64,000 bases of DNA, taken from Selaginella moellendorffii. Taxonomy: Eukaryota; Plantae; Lycopodiophyta. Location: contig NW_003314412.1 of NCBI RefSeq assembly GCF_000143415.4, positions 62,001 through 126,000 on the forward strand, given 5' to 3'. Shown here piece after piece: positions 44,953-57,647 of the stretch (position 1 is the first letter of the stretch; each line of letters opens with the position of its first letter). The position numbers were made by a program, and so were the translations under genes. The notes beneath the pieces were generated by a model. It saw only the letters and a list, made by a program, of their open reading frames with translations. It was not told the origin of the DNA and ran no database searches.

Positions 44953-47558
44953 ATGCTTTTGCATTTGCCTGTTTGTCGGTCTCAGAGCGTGTTCCAGGCA
45001 GTCAGGGTGGAATCCAACACCCCACATTCTCGTCCACGAGTTTCTGACTGGAAGAACAAGGAGGAGGAGAGCAAGCCTGAGAATGTAGCTCTACAAAGTA
45101 AGAAATCTTCGAAGCGTTTGGATAGGAGCAGGAATTTGAAGCCCTCAAATGACAACAGGATCGACAAATCCTCTTACGCCGGGATTTCTCCTGTTCGCGC
45201 AGGTAAACTGGAAGAACCTTTATCGTTTGAGATAGGAAAAATAGAGGAACATGAAGGAAAATTACTCTCTTGTCTCTTTGGCAGTGGTGGTGGTAAGATT
45301 GATGAGGATTGAGATGGGAGGAGCTTTCTCAGACGTCCTAAACGGGGATGGAGAAGATCGCTTGGACAAAGAAATGGAGTACGTGAAACGAACTCTGGGA
45401 TTTAGCATACCGAGTTTGAGGCCTGAAAATTTGAAGCTGGTTTGATCTTAGCATTTCTTTTGGTTTTCCTAGTTATTGACGATTGTTTTTGTAGGTGACT
45501 GAAGAGGTCGCTGGTATTGTTCGCTGGAAGAAATATCTCGACTATGTGATAAGCAATGTCTATGACAAGGATCAAAACGAGTTTGAGCGAATGGAGCCCA
45601 TTCTAAAGCAGGTGTATTTCCCATTGTTTCGTACTTCAATTAGTTCGCTTTTCTTTCGCTCCAGGTCCTCCGACTAGGATCTTATGAGCTTTTGAAACTC
45701 GAAGTACCAGCTTATGCTGTTGTCAATGAAGTAAGGTTTATTTATTTTTCTGTAAAGTCACTATTTTTAAAATTTTCTTTTTCTTTCACAGGCCGTCAAA
45801 CTTGCCAATGCTGCTTCTCGGGCTGGAGCTGGAAAATTGGCCAACGCACTTCTTCGAGCAGTAGCTTCACACAAAGTAGAAGAATAAAAATGAAAAACTT
45901 CTCTGTGTTTTCACACAATGCAAGAGTCTTGTTTTTTACAGGAGAAGAATACGCTGCCCGTTCCTGAAGTAATAGGAAACTTGCGGTCGCAAGCGAGAGC
46001 ATTAGGAACAATCCATTCCCATCCAGTTGTGAGTAGACAATGCCAAGTAAATCGTCGTGTTATTCTGTTTCTTTTTCGTTTTTGACGCAGTGGATGGTGC
46101 GGCGATGGACAGATCGATATGGCACTGAGGACACTTTAAAACTGATGGAGTGGAACAACACAAGGCCCTTTTATGCTTTAAGGTACCACGATATGTGATT
46201 TGTAGACTCTTTACGTGTTTGGTTTTCTGGCTTTCAGGGCGAATAATGCCACTGGAACCTCTCGCGATGATTTAATAGAACAGCTTAAAAAGCTCGAGGT
46301 GGGATCAATCACAATCTCTTTTTCTACTCCTTTGAATCTCTTTTTGTTGTTTTTTTTTTCTGCCTGTGCTTAGCAGGTTTCATATGTTAAGTCGCCACTA
46401 CTGGAAGACTTTGTTCGAGTGACTTCAGGACTTCAGGTAGCTTGTAGATGATAACTCAAGTCAGCTGATAAAATGATATCGTTTTCTAGGAGGTGCTGAG
46501 ATCCGGATTGATCCAACAGGGACGATGCACAGTCCAGGACGAGAGTGGTGGTATGTGTACTCTTGCACATACTTTTTTATTTAGAATTTTTTATCTGAGA
46601 GTTTCTTTCAAAGGCCTGGTGGTGGAACTGCTGGATCCACAGCCTGGAGACTTAGTGATCGACTGTTGCGCTGCACCTGGTGGCAAAAGTCTCTATATTG
46701 CTTCACGACTGAAAGGAAAAGGTCAGCTTTTTTCCATCTCTTTTTTTCTTTGAGATTTTCTTTTGTGGACGAATCAAAGAGGTGGTGCTACAGGGAAAGT
46801 GATAGCAGTGGATATCAACAAGGCTCGTCTCCAGCTTCTCAAAGATTCCGCAAAGAAAGCAGGCGTGAGCGAGCAAGTATCCGTCTACAATGTGGATGCC
46901 CGAGACATGATCCGTGTGAGTAAGAACTTACCACTTTGTAAGATTTATCTAAAGCTTTTCTACTTTTTTCTTTTGTGAATGTGAAGGGTAAAACAGGTCT
47001 AGCGGATAGAGTTTTACTGGACGCTCCGTGCAGTGGTCTCGGTGTTCTATCCAAGGTAAGAACATTTGATCAATGCAAGAGCAATAATTTTGATCAAAAC
47101 AAGGTTTTGCTCAATTTTTTCGATAGAGGGCGGACTTGAGATGGCGTAGAACTCTGGAAAGCTTTGAGGAATTGACAAAGCTCCAAGACGAGCTACTGGA
47201 CGGTGCTTGCAAGTATGTTTTTTCCTTTCCATCGTTTTTCACTCGCTCGGCATTGATATCTCTCTACTTATAACAGGATGGTTCGACCGGGAGGAGTGCT
47301 TGTCTACAGCACTTGCTCGATCGAACCGGACGAGAACATCGATCGGATCACTAGTTTTCTCGCTAGAAATCAAGTGAGTCTTTCCTTTTTTACCATCTAT
47401 TGATGTGAAATCGTGTGTTCTTCCAGAACTTCATCCTGGAGCCACTCGAGAGAGAAGTTCCTCGAGAAATGGTCTCTCGGGAAGGATGTTTTTACTCTCT
47501 GCCGTACACGCACGGCATAGATGGAGCATTTGCGGCAAAGCTCAGGCACAAAGCTTAA
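44953..47558 (+). CDS. RsmB/Sun 16S rRNA m5C methyltransferase (NusB plus NOL1/NOP2 domains), likely plastid, multi-exon
   Basis: [61 protein letters not shown] and DGAFAA. Confidence 0.92.
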
Positions 47559-47597
47559 TTTAAAAGAGGAAGAATATGCCAAATGTAAGGGCAAAAT

Positions 47598-49757
47598 ATG
47601 GCTATGGCACTGTTGTGGATAATCTTCAGCTCGATCGTCCTCTCCGCGCCCGGGTTTGCGAATGCCGGTGACAGAATCGTGGAAGGGACCGTGGCATTCG
47701 CCTCTGTCGGGCGAGCGCGCTACGCATTCGATGTGTTCTTGCTGGATTTCCGCCCGTGGGAGCTCGAGAATGCAAGCCTAGGGCCCCATTTGGAGTTCCG
47801 GGCCACCGATGGCGTCTCTGTCAACTACAACGGGGCGCTGGTGGATGATTCTCAGCGGCGAGTGATCTTCGAGGCGCTGGATTTCCGCGGTGAGCAGCAG
47901 GGTGATGCGAGCCAAGGGATTCTTATCTATGTCTCCGAGCGGGATGGCGCTGCTGAGGTTCGATTCAATCTCTTTTACCAGGGGCAACGCGATCGAGGCG
48001 AGCGAAGTCTCGGAAATATCGAGAGCGGCTCTCAAGAATCTCATGGAAACAGGAGGGATGCGCTGGAAATCCATGGCGATAGAGGGAATTCCCAGAATTT
48101 CATCGATTTGGGGAAGCTATGGTCGAGCAGCGAGGTGGAACCGACAGCGCTCTACGACAGACCGTCGGTGGCCGATGGGAGAGTGATCTTCGTCTCGACA
48201 AGGAAGCGGCGAGAGCAGTCGAGGCAAAGCTGGGCGGCAGTCTACTCCATGGACATCGTCACGAAGAAAATCACGAGGCTCACTCCAGAGGGCGTCACAG
48301 ACTACAGCCCTTCGGTCTCTCCATCTGGGAAGTTCGTCATGGTTGCTTCGGACGATGGTCGAGGCTGGGGAGGAGAGATCGAAGAGCTTGACACGGATCT
48401 ATACTCTTTTCAAGCCTGGGATGGATCCGGAAGAAAGCTCGTGGTGAAAAATGGAGGCTGGCCATCTTGGTCGGACGATTCGACCGTCTTCTTTCACAGG
48501 AGAGCCGAGGATGGGTGGTGGAGCGTCTACAAGGCCACTTTCTCAAAGTCCTTCACGGCGATTCGAGAGGAAAGGATCACACCACCGGGAGTTCATGCGT
48601 TCACTCCAGCGGCTTCACGGACAGGGAAATGGATTGCTGTAGCAACTCGAAGAGCCGGCTCGCTATACCGTCACGTAGAGGTGTTTGATCTCGGCTCGAG
48701 GAAGTTCCACAAAGTTAGCGAGCTCGTCGCTCCGGAGGCTCATCACTACAACCCTTTTGTCTCGCCAGAGTCGGACAAGATCGGGTATCACAGATGCCGG
48801 GGAAAGGGAGTGACTCCTCGGCTGGAGCACATCAAGTCTCCAGTTCCAGGAATCTCTCTCGTGCGAGTTGACGGGGACTTCCCCGTGTTCTCTCCCGATG
48901 GAGAGTCCATAGCTTTCATCCCCGACTTGGACGAAGGTGGCATTTACGTGACGCGGCTCAACGGCTCGGGCCTGACCAAAGTTTTCGACAAGCCGGCCTT
49001 CGGACTCTCCTGGGACAAGCAGAGGAAAGGCGTTCTCTACACGAGCTATGGCCCGGGATTCGTGCCGGAGGACACCATCGTTCACATCGTCTCCATTCTC
49101 AACGCGGACGAGCTCATCGCCGGCGGCGGAGGTGAAGTCAAGTGGAAGATCCTGACGAAGAGCGGCACCAAGAACAACGCATTCCCATCGCCATCGCCCG
49201 ACGGCAAGTGGATCGTCTTCCGGTCCGGACGCTCGGGACACAAGAACCTCTACATCATGGACGCGATCCATGGCGAAGAAGCAAGCTTGAGGAGACTCAC
49301 CGAGGGGGCCTGGACGGACACAATGGCGAGCTGGTCACACGACGGAGAATGGATCGCCTTCTCGTCGGATCGACACAACCCCGGCGGTGGCAGCTTCCAG
49401 CTCTACTTTGTTCGTCCGGATGGTAGCCAACTCCACAGAGTTCTCAACTCCAGCACTGGAGGGCGAGTGAACCATCCGTTCTTCAGCCCGGATTCCAGGA
49501 GCTTGGTGTTCACCACGGACTACGCTGGCGTGTCTGCGGATCCGATCGCTGTTCCGGCGCAGTTCCAGCCGTATGGAGAGATTTTCATGGCGAGAATCGA
49601 TGGGAGCGAGCTCGTCCGGCTCACGCACAACGCGTACGAAGATGGAACTCCATCCTGGGGGCCCGTGAAGTTAGATTCGAGCGCTCTCACCGGAGAAGGG
49701 AAGAAGGCCCGCTGTGGCTTTAGAGACACGAGATGGCTCAAGCCCGCCATAGCTTAA
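47598..49757 (+). CDS. Secreted TolB-like / PD40 (WD40-like) repeat protein, intronless
   Basis: 719-aa ORF with signal peptide and repeated PSVSPSG/FSPDG/SPDGKWIVFRSGRSGHKNLY/WSHDGEWIAFSSDR. Confidence 0.92.
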   Translation: MAMALLWIIFSSIVLSAPGFANAGDRIVEGTVAFASVGRARYAFDVFLLDFRPWELENASLGPHLEFRATDGVSVNYNGALVDDSQRRVIFEALDFRGEQQGDASQGILIYVSERDGAAEVRFNLFYQGQRDRGERSLGNIESGSQESHGNRRDALEIHGDRGNSQNFIDLGKLWSSSEVEPTALYDRPSVADGRVIFVSTRKRREQSRQSWAAVYSMDIVTKKITRLTPEGVTDYSPSVSPSGKFVMVASDDGRGWGGEIEELDTDLYSFQAWDGSGRKLVVKNGGWPSWSDDSTVFFHRRAEDGWWSVYKATFSKSFTAIREERITPPGVHAFTPAASRTGKWIAVATRRAGSLYRHVEVFDLGSRKFHKVSELVAPEAHHYNPFVSPESDKIGYHRCRGKGVTPRLEHIKSPVPGISLVRVDGDFPVFSPDGESIAFIPDLDEGGIYVTRLNGSGLTKVFDKPAFGLSWDKQRKGVLYTSYGPGFVPEDTIVHIVSILNADELIAGGGGEVKWKILTKSGTKNNAFPSPSPDGKWIVFRSGRSGHKNLYIMDAIHGEEASLRRLTEGAWTDTMASWSHDGEWIAFSSDRHNPGGGSFQLYFVRPDGSQLHRVLNSSTGGRVNHPFFSPDSRSLVFTTDYAGVSADPIAVPAQFQPYGEIFMARIDGSELVRLTHNAYEDGTPSWGPVKLDSSALTGEGKKARCGFRDTRWLKPAIA

Positions 49758-49865
49758 GCCCGCCATGGCTAGATTCATACTCAGCCGCTAGATGCGAGCC
49801 ATCGGACGGTCTACATAAATTTAAATGTAGTTCATAGCAGTGGGTTTTAGGGTTCCTGCCCAGGG

Positions 49866-51431
49866 ATGAAGAGGTTCTTCCAGCCCGTGGAGCGCGATGG
49901 CGCCTCCAAGAAGCCCTCCATCGCGATCGCCAACGGCGGCGAGAATGCGTGCGCCGATCCATCCAGGTTCATGTCTTGGAATGCGAATAGCTTGCTTCTG
50001 CGATTCAAGAACAACCGGGAGGAGGTCATGAGCTTCATCCGAGGCTTCGATCCGGATGTGATTTGTATCCAGGTGGTGTCCCAGCTCCTAGCTAGCATCG
50101 GATTTCTCATCGACAGGGATTGCTTGCTTCCAGGAGGTTCGTCTCCCGGCGGCTGGATTTAAAGGCGAGAAGAAAAATCCGGGAGAGATCAAGGATGATA
50201 GCGCTGCTGCTCGCAATGACAAGCAGGTATGGGATTCTTTCTTTCGTCAGTGATGCATTGGCTAGTAGGCTGTGATGCGTGTTCTATCGGTGTCGCCAAT
50301 GGCAGATTATAGCGTGTGGTGGTCTCTCGGAGAGAACAAGTACGCTGGAACAGCTCTCTTCGTGAAGAATTGCTTCAAGCCAGTGTCGGTAGCCTTCAAC
50401 ATTGACAACAAAGGCAAAGGTTCGTAAAACCATTCTTTGTTTCTTTTTTGCTCTTTGGCATTTAGAAAACTCAACAAGATTTGATTTTTTTTTTTCGTGG
50501 ATGATAGATGCACAACGCCATGAGATCGATGGGAGAATTATCTTGGCGGAGTTTGGATCGTTCACTCTTCTCAACACTTACGCCCCGAACAATGGATGGA
50601 AGGAAGAAGAGAATGGTTTCGTGCGAAGAAGAGCGTGGGACAAGAAAGTACTCGAGTTTGTGAGCTCTTGCAGCAAGCCGCTCATTTGGTGCGGTGATCT
50701 TAACGTGAGGTACGTACGATTTGAAGGTTCTTTCCTTGTAAATGAAGCGTGCGAGTGTGACTTTCAGCCATCAGGAGATCGATGTTACTCATCCGGAGTT
50801 TTTTGCAAACGCAACCCAACCCGGCTACACTCCTCCAAACAAAGAGGTATACTTTTCTCCTAAAGCGACTCTATGTATTGGAATTGTGAGTGATCAGGAC
50901 GCTGGACAACCCGGATTCACGCTCAATGAGCGAGCAAGGTTCTCAGCAATCTTAAATCGGTTAGTATCTCTTGAAAAAAAAAAAAAAACAAACTGAGATC
51001 TAACTTTAACTTGATCTTTGTGAATTCAGGGGAAATCTGGTGGATACGTACAGGCATCTCCACGAGAAGCAGGACTTGGAGGCTGGATTTACGTGGTCTG
51101 GAAATCCCGTGGGGAAGTAAGTACAACCGTAAAAAAGGAGTTTTACTTTTCTACCTGGAGAATGACAATCGTGAGAAATCCCAGGTATCGCGGCAAGCGT
51201 ATGCGAATCGACTACTTTCTAATCTCCAAAGCGTTGCTTCCTCGTCTAGCCAGCAGCAAAATCCACGGCCGTGGAATTGAGCTAGAAGGTTGAGTGTTTT
51301 CTTTTGATCTCTTTGCTTCTCTTCCAAACAATGATCTAATAGAGTATCTCTTCTTTCCAGGATTCCTTGGAAGTGATCACTGCCCACTGACCATGGAACT
51401 CAAGAATCAAGCCTGCCAAAACCACGACTGA
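49866..51431 (+). CDS. APE1L: AP endonuclease 1-like (ExoIII family), multi-exon
   Basis: MKRFFQPVERDG, FMSWNANSLLLR, KYAGTA, YAPNNG, WCGDLNVSH, RMRIDYF and GSDHCP. Confidence 0.92.
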
Positions 51432-52237
51432 GAGTGGCGCGAGATTTTCATTCTTTTTATATATACGGAGTCAAGGCATTGCATCCCATCTCTCCACTGC
51501 GAATATTCCACAAAGACGGTGCTTTTGTTTAGCCCGTCTCTGTCCGACACCTGTCCGGCCAGAAAAGCTTTTGTTGCTGACTTTAAAAAGCATATTCTGG
51601 GCCATAGAGTCTATGCGACAGCGACGCACACACGCAAAAGAAGGCGTACGGCGTGGCCGCTGTTCGATCGCAAGCGTACGGTCTATGGTGTAGCGCGAAA
51701 TCGATGTCGCATGCTATGTATGCTATTACGTGATTTACAAAGTACTTCGCGATCAAGCTTTGAAAAGCACCAATTTTCAGCATTTTTTTTTCTTATTCTC
51801 TCCCAGATTCAATCGACAAAGATTTTGGCTGATAAACTCCGGAGAAAAGGAAAAAAAAAAAAAAAAAACGCGGGGAGCCTGATTTTATAAAAGACCGAAT
51901 GACAAAAGGTTCTCTAAGAGATGATCGCTGTTTGGCTGCTGCCAAGCCGAAAAAGAAAGAGCGGGAGAGAAACCAAAAGAGGGAGGAGAATTTACACTGA
52001 GACGAAACGATGATCGACGATAGAAGCAGCAGCAGCAGCAGTAGCAGCGAGTGCGCCTTATTATTTTCCGACCCCCAGAAAATGGTTGTTTTTTTTTTTC
52101 CGTTTTTTTTCTTCTCTTTGATCTTTTGCTCGCAACTCGGCCCCCAAAATTTGTCGCAAATTGGTGTTTCGTAAATCCTGTCCTTCCTCCTGTTTCCCTG
52201 TGCCTGGCAATTCGATCTCACGAAGAATCTCTCTCCC

Positions 52238-54762
52238 CTAAATCTCAGCCTGCGTAGTCGACGGCGAGGAGGAGCTCACCGAAATGGGCGGAGGGGCGGC
52301 GGCGGGCGAAGAAACGGACGCAGAATCCACCGATGTCGTGGTTGACAATCCCATCGTCGACGTCGAGGAGCCCGCCGCCGTGGACGTGGACGACAGCGAG
52401 CCGCTGCTGCTGCTCCCCTGGATGTGCTGCTGCTGCTGCTGATCCTGCCCCTCCAGCTCCACTAAAGTCGCCCTACTAGCTAAGTGGTGGTGGTGATGGT
52501 GGTGAATCGACGGCGGCGACGCCGGCACCTCCGAACCGAAGCCGTAGATCGCCGCCAGCGGGTGGTCGAACTTGCACGTCGGCCCGAACTTGCAGATGCC
52601 AAACCGGATGTAGTATGAGCACGGTTGCACGCCCTGCATTCATGTAGTATAAAGTCAATAACACATCCCTAGGAAAGGTGGCGAAGGGGAAAGGTGGCGG
52701 ACGATGAAAAAAAAGGTGGTAGAAGGTAAAACAAGACTAGCACAGAGGTGGCGGATACATACCGTGCGGAGTGGCAAGCCCATGGGACTGAGCATTGTGG
52801 GTGCGGACGCGGAGATTCGGTCGCGCGGGTGGTGGAATCTGCAAGATGCGCCGTACTTGCAGTCGCCGGTCTTGAGGTAGTACTGGCACTCGGCCACGCC
52901 CGGCCGCTCCGGGAAGGCGTCCCCGCCGCCGCCACCCTTGTGCTCGCGCAGCCCCGCCGGGAGGCCCATTGTGGGGGACCCCGGCACAAATGGGCTGTAG
53001 TCGGCTGTCGTGGGGGAGCTCGCCCCGGGAAGATAGAGCTGTTGATCCTGGAAAAACCAACCGACCTTTCAGTATAAGATCGTATGCTGCAGTGTGATCC
53101 CCCATAGCAATTTCCAATCGCTTGGATCATTCGTTCCAAGCCATGAAATCAAACAATGGGAATGAAATGCGAACCATGCAAAGGTTTTGGATCGAATGGA
53201 AGAAACCAACGAAAGAGAGAAGAGGTTCTGGCGGCTTACGTGATACGTGCTCCAGCCGGGGATGGAAACCACCCCTTGTGGGGAAGGAAGAAGAAGTGGG
53301 GTGTAACTCGACGCCCCGGCTTGCAATCTCGGGCTGGGGAACGGTCTCATTGTCGGCCACCCCGGCTGGAAGTGCTGCGGCGTCCCGGTTGCGGCGTTCG
53401 GCGTCCCCGGTTGGGACGCCCCGGCGGCGGCGGCAGCGGCGGCAGCGGCGTAGATGGATGGCACCACCGCCGGTTGAGGGTGGTGGAATTTGCAAGTCAC
53501 TCCGTATTTGCAAGACCCGGTTCTCATGTAATACGCGCATTCTTTCTCGCCCTGTGATAGAACAAGAAAAAAAAGAAAAACAGATAATTAAAAAAAAGAG
53601 AGCCATAAAAGGCAAACGGAAGTATTTTTAGTGATCGGGAGTTTCTTCCGACAGGGATTTTGCGAGAGATTTTCTAGGGGTTATGTTTCGGAGAGATAAG
53701 TTACCGGGCGGTATGGGAGGCCGACGATGTTTAACTGGACTCTGGATTGGATGCCCGCTTTGTCTCGAGGGTGGTCGTATTTACAAGTGGATCCAAACTT
53801 GCACGTCCCGGTCTTGAGGAAATACTGCTCCAAAACCGCAGGAACAACAAAAACACATCGAGAGGAATCGATCGGATTAGTTCTAGGCGAGGTGGCGGAG
53901 ATATGGGGGGCGGATTATCGCTAATCACACCCCCCGGAGGATTTAAGCTCTTTTCTTTTACCTGGCACTCGGGTTGCCCAGGCCTTTCTGGGTACTCGCC
54001 TTTGCCACGAGCTATGGCAGCAGCCTGGAAGAAGAAGAAGAAGAAGAAGAAGGAAGAAAAGGAAGGAAAAATGAGAGAGGGGGAAGAACAGAAAAAAAAA
54101 GAAAAAAGAAAACCATCACACACGGTTGGCTATGGCGGACGAGAGATTGGAGAGAAAGAACTTGGAGAGAATTGGCGAGGGAAGAGTGCTTACCAGCTTG
54201 CGATTTGGAGGGTGATTGAATTTGCAGCTCATTCCAAAGGCGCACAGCCCGGTTCGCATGTAGTAGACGCAGTCTTGCTCGCCCGGGCGCTCGGGATAAG
54301 GCCCGCCGCCACCCCCGCCGCCACCTCCGCCGCCTCCGCCACCCCCCGGCGCCGCCATGTCCACCATCCCGGGGTGATCTCCCGCGCTCTGCAAGCTCAG
54401 CCCCCACATCGCCTCTGCAAGAACAAGACAAAGATCCGGGACAAGGATTGGTGAGGAGAATTCCGAGGAGAATTGGGGTGGCAATGCGCCGCGATCCAAA
54501 AGCCCCCTGCGCTAGAGCTGGATCTCGCGAGCTCGAGCTCTCAAGAAACTCTCACACTCTCTCTCTCACTCCTTGATCGACGGATTCGCGAGAGCTTACC
54601 TTCGAGGCCAGTGGGATTGGGCGGCGCCGCGGCCTGCTGCTGGGATGATCCCTCCTGCCGCCATTCCTGGAACGAGGATGGATGATCCACCACGCCGCCC
54701 GGCTGCTCGTAGCCCACGAATGGCGAGCCCCCCGGCGGCGCTACTGGCTGGTAGTAGTCCAT
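52238..54762 (-). CDS. Multi-CCCH zinc finger RNA-binding protein (five C-x8-C-x5-C-x3-H fingers), multi-exon
   Basis: [80 protein letters not shown] and [21 protein letters not shown]. Confidence 0.93.
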
Positions 54763-56248
54763 ACGACGACGATCAGCCCTCCTCCTCCCCCTGTGGCGGC
54801 GACGATGGTCGAGGAGCGCGGCACTGTAGAACAACCATGGGATCTACGCTCCCCAGCTCGCGATTTGCTCGAATCCGCGCGCTAGCCCGCCGCCCCGCCG
54901 GCGATTGGCGGCAGCCCACTGCCCAATTCCGCGAGATCTGCGACCAGCGCGAGGAATGCCGCCCCGCCCTAGCGAAGATCCGGCCTTGGATCCTCGTTTG
55001 CTGCGTGTGATCTCTCTCGCGAGAGAGCGCAGCAAAGAGGATCTCTTGCCTCTTCCCTTGTTCCTGCCTTCCTTGCTCGCTTCTTCTTCGTCGCGGTGTG
55101 TTCTTCGTTGGCGCTAATGTGCTCTGTTTTTCCCGAGCTTGGGGGGGCCTTTCCTATGGTGAGCATTTCGGCGCATCGTGGCCGTTGGCGGGGCGGGATC
55201 CACGGCCCCTGTCCGGCCAGCGGGGCGGGGGTGGGCTATCTTGTACATGTCTCTCACTGCCGCATCCGGACCGTTGGGCAGAAGATCTGACGGGCATAAT
55301 CAGGCCACGAGATCCTCGGTCGCGCTGTCTCGTGCTCCGTGACCGTCTGATGGGCGGATCCACGGCCCAAACCAACACACTTGTCGAGATGGGAAGCCGT
55401 CGGATTTAAGAAGCGTCGTAAGTGTCTTGGATTATTAATATTACCGGCCGAATTTTACCCCTCTCGCTAAAAAATCATTCAATGTAGCCTAGTGTGTGAA
55501 TCGGGCCGAGGTAAAAACATGCGCACAAATTTTGTGCGCGCGCGGTTTCGAGGAGCGCAACCGCGCGGCATTTTTGGGCCGCAATAATGGCGCACCTTCC
55601 GTACGGCATTGTCCCAGCTGGGAATCGAACCTCAAAAATCCCTTCTATATAAAAGCTAGAGCTACGATTTTTTCGCGTTGTCGATGTATGTAACTCTCGT
55701 CTCTTTTATTCCTTCCACCATTCTTTCGCTCGATCCTTCTTTTTTTTTTTTCACACCACTTTACTTGGCTTCGTAATGTTGGAGTTCGTTTTGCGAGAAA
55801 CCAGGCAGTCGGTGTGAAGGTCCACTGCAATAAGTTTTCTTCTTCCTCCAGGAACGAGAATCTCTTCTCCGCGCTTGACACATCACAAAATCTCTCTGGC
55901 TCTGCGACGCGATGCCGAAAGGGCGCCAACTTGAGCGAGAAAGCGAGAACGACGAGTCTATATATTGCGGCATGTTTTCTTAGTGCTGCGAGCTACCTAC
56001 AGTAACAAAACGAAAAGAAAAAAAAAAAAAAAACAAACGCATCAGGAATGTCAAAGCGAGAAAAACTACGACCGCTTTTGCAACAACGATAAAAATGAAT
56101 ACCAAAATTGATGTCGACTGCTAAGTTCCTGTATGATTGCCGTATTATGACCGATGTATCCCTTGTTCTCTGCACCCAGTGTTTGCACCTTACACAAAGG
56201 TTAGGAAATCCAAGCTGGAAAATCGCACCTTGGGAAGCTCAATGTGAC

Positions 56249-57585
56249 TTAGTCGTGCTTCCCACCTCCGGCTTCCATTTCCATTTGTAAATGCTGCAAG
56301 GAACGAACATGTGTAGCAACGGAAACAAGGAGAAAATAAAATAACTAGAAAAACGACCGCACCTTTCTCTTCCCAACGTATGGTTGCACCGCAGGAGGCG
56401 TGGAGTTTGTCGTCTCTTCACGCAGCTTCTTCTTCTCCATCTCAAACTCCTTACGGCTGTCCCTCCTCGATCCGTTCTGCCAAACTCGTCCAAAGCTCGG
56501 GAGCCAATCGTTCGCAGCTTCTTCTCTGCGCGGTGCGGCATCTCGCTCAAGCTGTGCCTTTCGCCGATTGGCCCAAGCCGCTCCAACGCGCTTGTCTAGC
56601 CGCTCCATCTCTCTTCGTTTACGTTTGGAAATTCCCTTCGGACACCCGTCGTCACTTCCGTGAGTCGGGAGGTCAGACAACCAAGGCGGGGGGGCCCCAG
56701 AGTGCACGTTTCCCTTGCTTGACACAAGCGGCCGTGGACTGACAGTGGCAAGATCTGCAAAAAAAAAAAATCAAAGTGTCAAGTAACAGAGCTGGAATAA
56801 TGCAAAAACAGCATACTTCCACCAAACGCTGCCACTGTGTGCTTATGCGCTGTAGCACCGTTAACCTGCAATGTCTGATCCTTGGAAATTTTTTGTAAAG
56901 GCTCAACACAAACACTGGGACTTTGGCTGCTCTTTGCAGCCAGAAACCGTTCATGATGGATATTATTCTCCGTGGCACCTTGTGTTGTAGCTACGCTGCT
57001 GCTGTCCGCCAAAGCTCCATCACCGCAAACAGCTTCCCACTGGAAAAGAAAGAAAAAAAAATGAGAAAGGAGCTTCTTTTTCTAAGTCAAAATCTTGGAA
57101 TTGTCATGCAAATGGAAAGAGAAGAAAACGACTCACTCACATCCGCGATCTCCTTTCTCGAAAAGAAAAAGTCGTGACGGGTGTTGGCGTCAGCGCCATT
57201 CTCACACCAAAACCTCTTCACATTTGAGACGTGGGCCGCGCTTGCGAGATGGTGAATTGCATTGGAGCTGTGTGCCCAAAAGGAGGATCAAGGAAAAAAT
57301 AAAATAAAATCTCACTATAGCACGAAAATCTCGATCTTACCAGGCAATGGAGCTGCTGCCTTGATCGTCAGCAACATCTTCCTCGCAGAACAAGCACCAG
57401 AAGCGATGCGACGGCGCCTGAGCTAGCGGATTGCCAAGAAATCCTCTGACGCCCTCGATTTTCATCCGGGTCTTCCCAAGAACGCTCTGCAGCGCATTGC
57501 GATGGCCTGCCGAGTACCTGTGACCTCTCCCTTGCTCGTGATTCCTCCGGCACACGGCGCAGAAGGAGAAGCCCTTCGCGCCCAT
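56249..57585 (-). CDS. TTL: TITAN-like / CCDC84 (CENATAC) homolog, multi-exon
   Basis: FCAVCRRNHEQGRGHRY, FWCLFCE, GNVHSGAPPPWL, RVGAAWA, WLPSFGRVWQ.GSR.DSRKEF and QPYVGKR. Confidence 0.88.
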
Positions 57586-57647
57586 CCCACGAAGAACCCT
57601 AAACTCGTTTCTTTCCCCCAAGAACCCTAAAATATTTTCCTGGATGG

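Noticed and set aside
47598-49757. TolB-like intronless gene as recent bacterial HGT or contamination
   Set aside because: This family is widespread in land plants and the gene is embedded among intron-containing plant genes.
51590-51720. Short inverted pair ATGCGACA/TGTCGCAT in convergent 3'UTRs
   Set aside because: Only an 8-bp stem, with no extended structure I can support.
55611-55700. Pol III type-3 gene (U6, U3 or telomerase RNA) after USE-like plus TATA
   Set aside because: T-runs immediately downstream would terminate Pol III, and no snRNA or telomere-template sequence was recognised.
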